Source: Candidatus Sulfomarinibacteraceae bacterium (GTDB lineage: Bacteria; Acidobacteriota; Thermoanaerobaculia; Thermoanaerobaculales; Sulfomarinibacteraceae). From it: 64,000 nt of DNA. The stretch covers positions 112,758-176,757 of the forward strand of contig CAVTEP010000004.1 of the NCBI GenBank assembly GCA_963733915.1. Reading direction: 5' to 3'. This document shows positions 62,054-64,000 of the stretch, in pieces. A program made the translations under genes and the position numbers. Every line of letters begins with the position of its first letter. Positions within the stretch are counted from its first letter, which is position 1. The notes under the pieces are model-generated. The model saw only the letters and a program-made list of their open reading frames with translations. It ran no database searches and was not told the origin of the DNA.

Positions 62054-62854
62054 ATGCTCGGAGCCATCGCAGGCGACATCTTCGGCGCGGCCTTCGAGGG
62101 CCACCCCCTCAAGAAGGAAGACTTCGACCTCTTCGGCGAGACCACCGCTACTTCACCGACGACACGATCCTCACCGTGGCCACCGCCGACGCCCTGATGG
62201 GCGACGGCGACTACGCCGCCGCCTATCGCGAGCTGGGGCCGGCGCTACCCCGGCCGCGGCTACGGCGGCATGTTCCGGCTCTGGCTGGGCGACTCGAGGC
62301 GCGGCCCGTACAACAGCTTCGGCAACGGCTCGGCGATGCGCGTCAGCCCGATCGGCTGGGCCTTCGACACCCTCGACGAGGTCCTCGCCGAGGCCGAGCG
62401 CTCGGCCGCCGTCACCCACAACCACCCCGAGGGCATCAAGGGCGCGCAGGCCACCGCGGCCGCCGTCCACCTCGCCCGCATCGGCGCCACCAAGGACGAG
62501 ATCCGCGCCGAGATCAGCGGCCGCTTCGGCTACGACCTCGACCGCACCATCGCCGCCATCCGCCCCGACTACCGCTTCGACGTCACCTGCCAGGGCTCGG
62601 TGCCCGAGGCCCTGATCGCCTTCCTCGACGCCGACGACTTCGAGCACGCCATCCGCCTCGCGATCTCCCTCGGCGGCGACGCCGACACCCAGGCCGCCAT
62701 CGCCGGCGGCGTCGCCGAGGCCTTCTTCGGCGGCGTGCCCGAGCGCATCGAGGCCGAGATCGACACCGTCCTCGACCCACCGCTGCTCGAGGTCGTCGAG
62801 CGTTTTACGTGGATGCTCGAGAACGGGCGTGGCCTCGCAGAGCAGGGGAGGTGA
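62054..62854 (+). pseudogene. ADP-ribosylglycohydrolase family protein, interrupted by two frameshifts
   Basis: The family-typical sequence is spread over three frames: MLGAIAGDIFGAAFEGHPLKKEDFDLFGE / YFTDDTILTVATADALMGDGDYAAAYRELG / RRYPGRGYGGMFRLWL ... NSFGNGSAMRVSPIGWAF ... THNHPEGIKGAQA ... SLGGDADTQAAIAGG. Frame changes at ~62141-62148 and at the G4 run 62235-62238. RBS GGAAGGAGG before ATG 62054. Confidence 0.75.
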
Positions 62855-62949
62855 GCCGTGGTTCTTGAAAGCGGAGGATTTCGGCGACTGACAAAAGCCG
62901 CGAAGAGATCTGGGCGGAACGCATCCGAACCGACAAAGAACCTGATCAC

Positions 62950-63474
62950 ATGGCCGTTCACGCGGACATCGTCAACAGGCGGTGCGCTACTTCGGAGCGC
63001 ACCACCGGCCGCTGCTCACCTACATCTTCCAGCGACGACGAGTACGACCAGATCGTGGTCGCCGAGGACATCGGCTCCGGATACAGGTTCTACGACTCCG
63101 ACGATCGCGTACACATGCCGGAGGTCGAGCACCTGGCGCGAGTTGGCCGAGTGGCGAGGGGGAGGACATGGAGGAGTTCGCCGCTGACCACGGCCTCGAG
63201 GAGGACGAGTGGGACGAGCCACTCGGCATGCGGCGTCATCGAGGAGCACTCTCCCATACGACGCCACGCCCGAAGGCCGCGCGTTCGACACTGTTCACGA
63301 CCTGTTCTGCACCGCCGGCGAGGTCGGTCGAGCTCCCGATCGGCGAGTTCGGCTCGACTGCGGCAACGGACCTCTCGCCTGCGATCGAGCCCGAAGGTCG
63401 CCCTGACCTTCCTCCAGATCCTCCTCGATTACGAGGAGACCGGGATCAAGATCGTGCTCGAGGAGAGTGGTTGA
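62950..63474 (+). pseudogene. Heavily frameshifted unknown gene
   Basis: Protein-like stretches alternate between the three plus frames every 60-120 nt: DDEYDQIVVAEDIGSGYRFYDSDDRVHMPEVEHLARV / EDMEEFAADHGLEEDEWDEPLGM / YDATPEGRAFDTVHDLFCTAGEV / VELPIGEFGSTAATDLSPAIEPEG / KVALTFLQILLDYEETGIKIVLEESG*. Confidence 0.35.
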
Positions 63475-63623
63475 AGCAGAAGCGCGAATCGGAAGAGGAC
63501 GGGCCGACATCCCGACATGAAGACTCGCCGAGCAAACCGACTGGAAGCCCTGCCGATGCCGGAGCTGCACGACCACCATCCCGCTGGCGGCCTGCTCGTA
63601 CCACGCGGAAGCAGGTCCTCCTG

Positions 63624-63990
63624 ATGCAACGCGGCGTCATTCCCCGCGAGATGGAGGACAAGTGGTTCGTCTACTGGAAGGACGACCGGCTCCACTTCCA
63701 CCGCAGCTGGACCGGCTTCTGCATCTACATCGTGCGCTTCGAGGTGCGAGGACATGGGCGCCAAGGCGGTGGCGGCGATCCGTCAACCGCGACCCCGACC
63801 AGTACGGCAACACCGACGACGCTCTACGACGCGCAGGATGATTCAGTACCTGATCAGCGTCCTGCTGCTGCGGCGACCCGCGAAGTTTCCCGTCGAAGTC
63901 GAAGGACAGAAAGCGCAGCGGCCCTCGAGCAGTGGAGCCAGGTCGGCCGCGCCGGCCTCGGCGAACACCCCGACGACGAGGTGAATTGAA
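63624..63990 (+). pseudogene. Frameshifted small hypothetical protein (MQRGVIPREMEDKWFVYWKDDRLHFHRSWTGFCIYIVRFE...)
   Basis: The N-terminal 45 aa are convincing. Downstream, plausible sequence continues only by switching frames: ...AKAVAAIR / VNRDPDQYGNTDDA / RMIQYLISVLLLRRPAKFP. Confidence 0.35.
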
Positions 63991-64000
63991 TGAGCGGCCC

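Overview
High-GC (~65%) bacterial chromosomal segment. I found no rRNA, tRNA, CRISPR array, transposase or integrase. Housekeeping-type genes are present: TPP-dependent dehydrogenase E1 alpha/beta, pncB-pncA NAD salvage, yciH, ppsR, an MscS channel and a DPP-IV-type peptidase. They are mixed with accessory-looking content: five type II toxin-antitoxin loci plus several toxin/antitoxin remnants, three AAA/DUF4143-type ATPase paralogues, a Fic protein, two Ser/Thr-kinase-TPR proteins, several two-component modules, and intergenic regions packed with at least five families of palindromic/MITE-like repeats and heptamer/octamer tandem repeats. The most unusual structure is a ~0.5-kb cassette: sigma70-like promoter, conserved and apparently structured ~110-nt leader, glycine-rich RRM RNA-binding-protein gene, and an identical GC-hairpin terminator. 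It occurs five times on the minus strand between 26.2 and 42.0 kb, each time tail-to-tail with an unrelated plus-strand gene or operon. Other candidates for a second look are: (1) an XRE/S24-like repressor, with its catalytic dyad apparently lost, divergent from two tandem HIRAN-like paralogues; (2) a multi-pass membrane protein fused to an AAA+ ATPase in an operon with a small MscS channel; (3) a secreted cysteine-rich protein built from repeated CxxxGGxYCSxxxxCPxGYxSLG modules; (4) a recurrent leaderless-mRNA promoter architecture; (5) a promoter-to-terminator unit that looks like a small RNA or attenuator. Several genes carry apparent frameshifts, often at short homopolymers, so either local sequence quality is poor or there is real gene decay. 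Many long ORFs in the supplied track are antisense or off-frame shadows typical of high-GC DNA and are not reported as genes. All functional calls are by-eye motif and family recognition, with no searches run.
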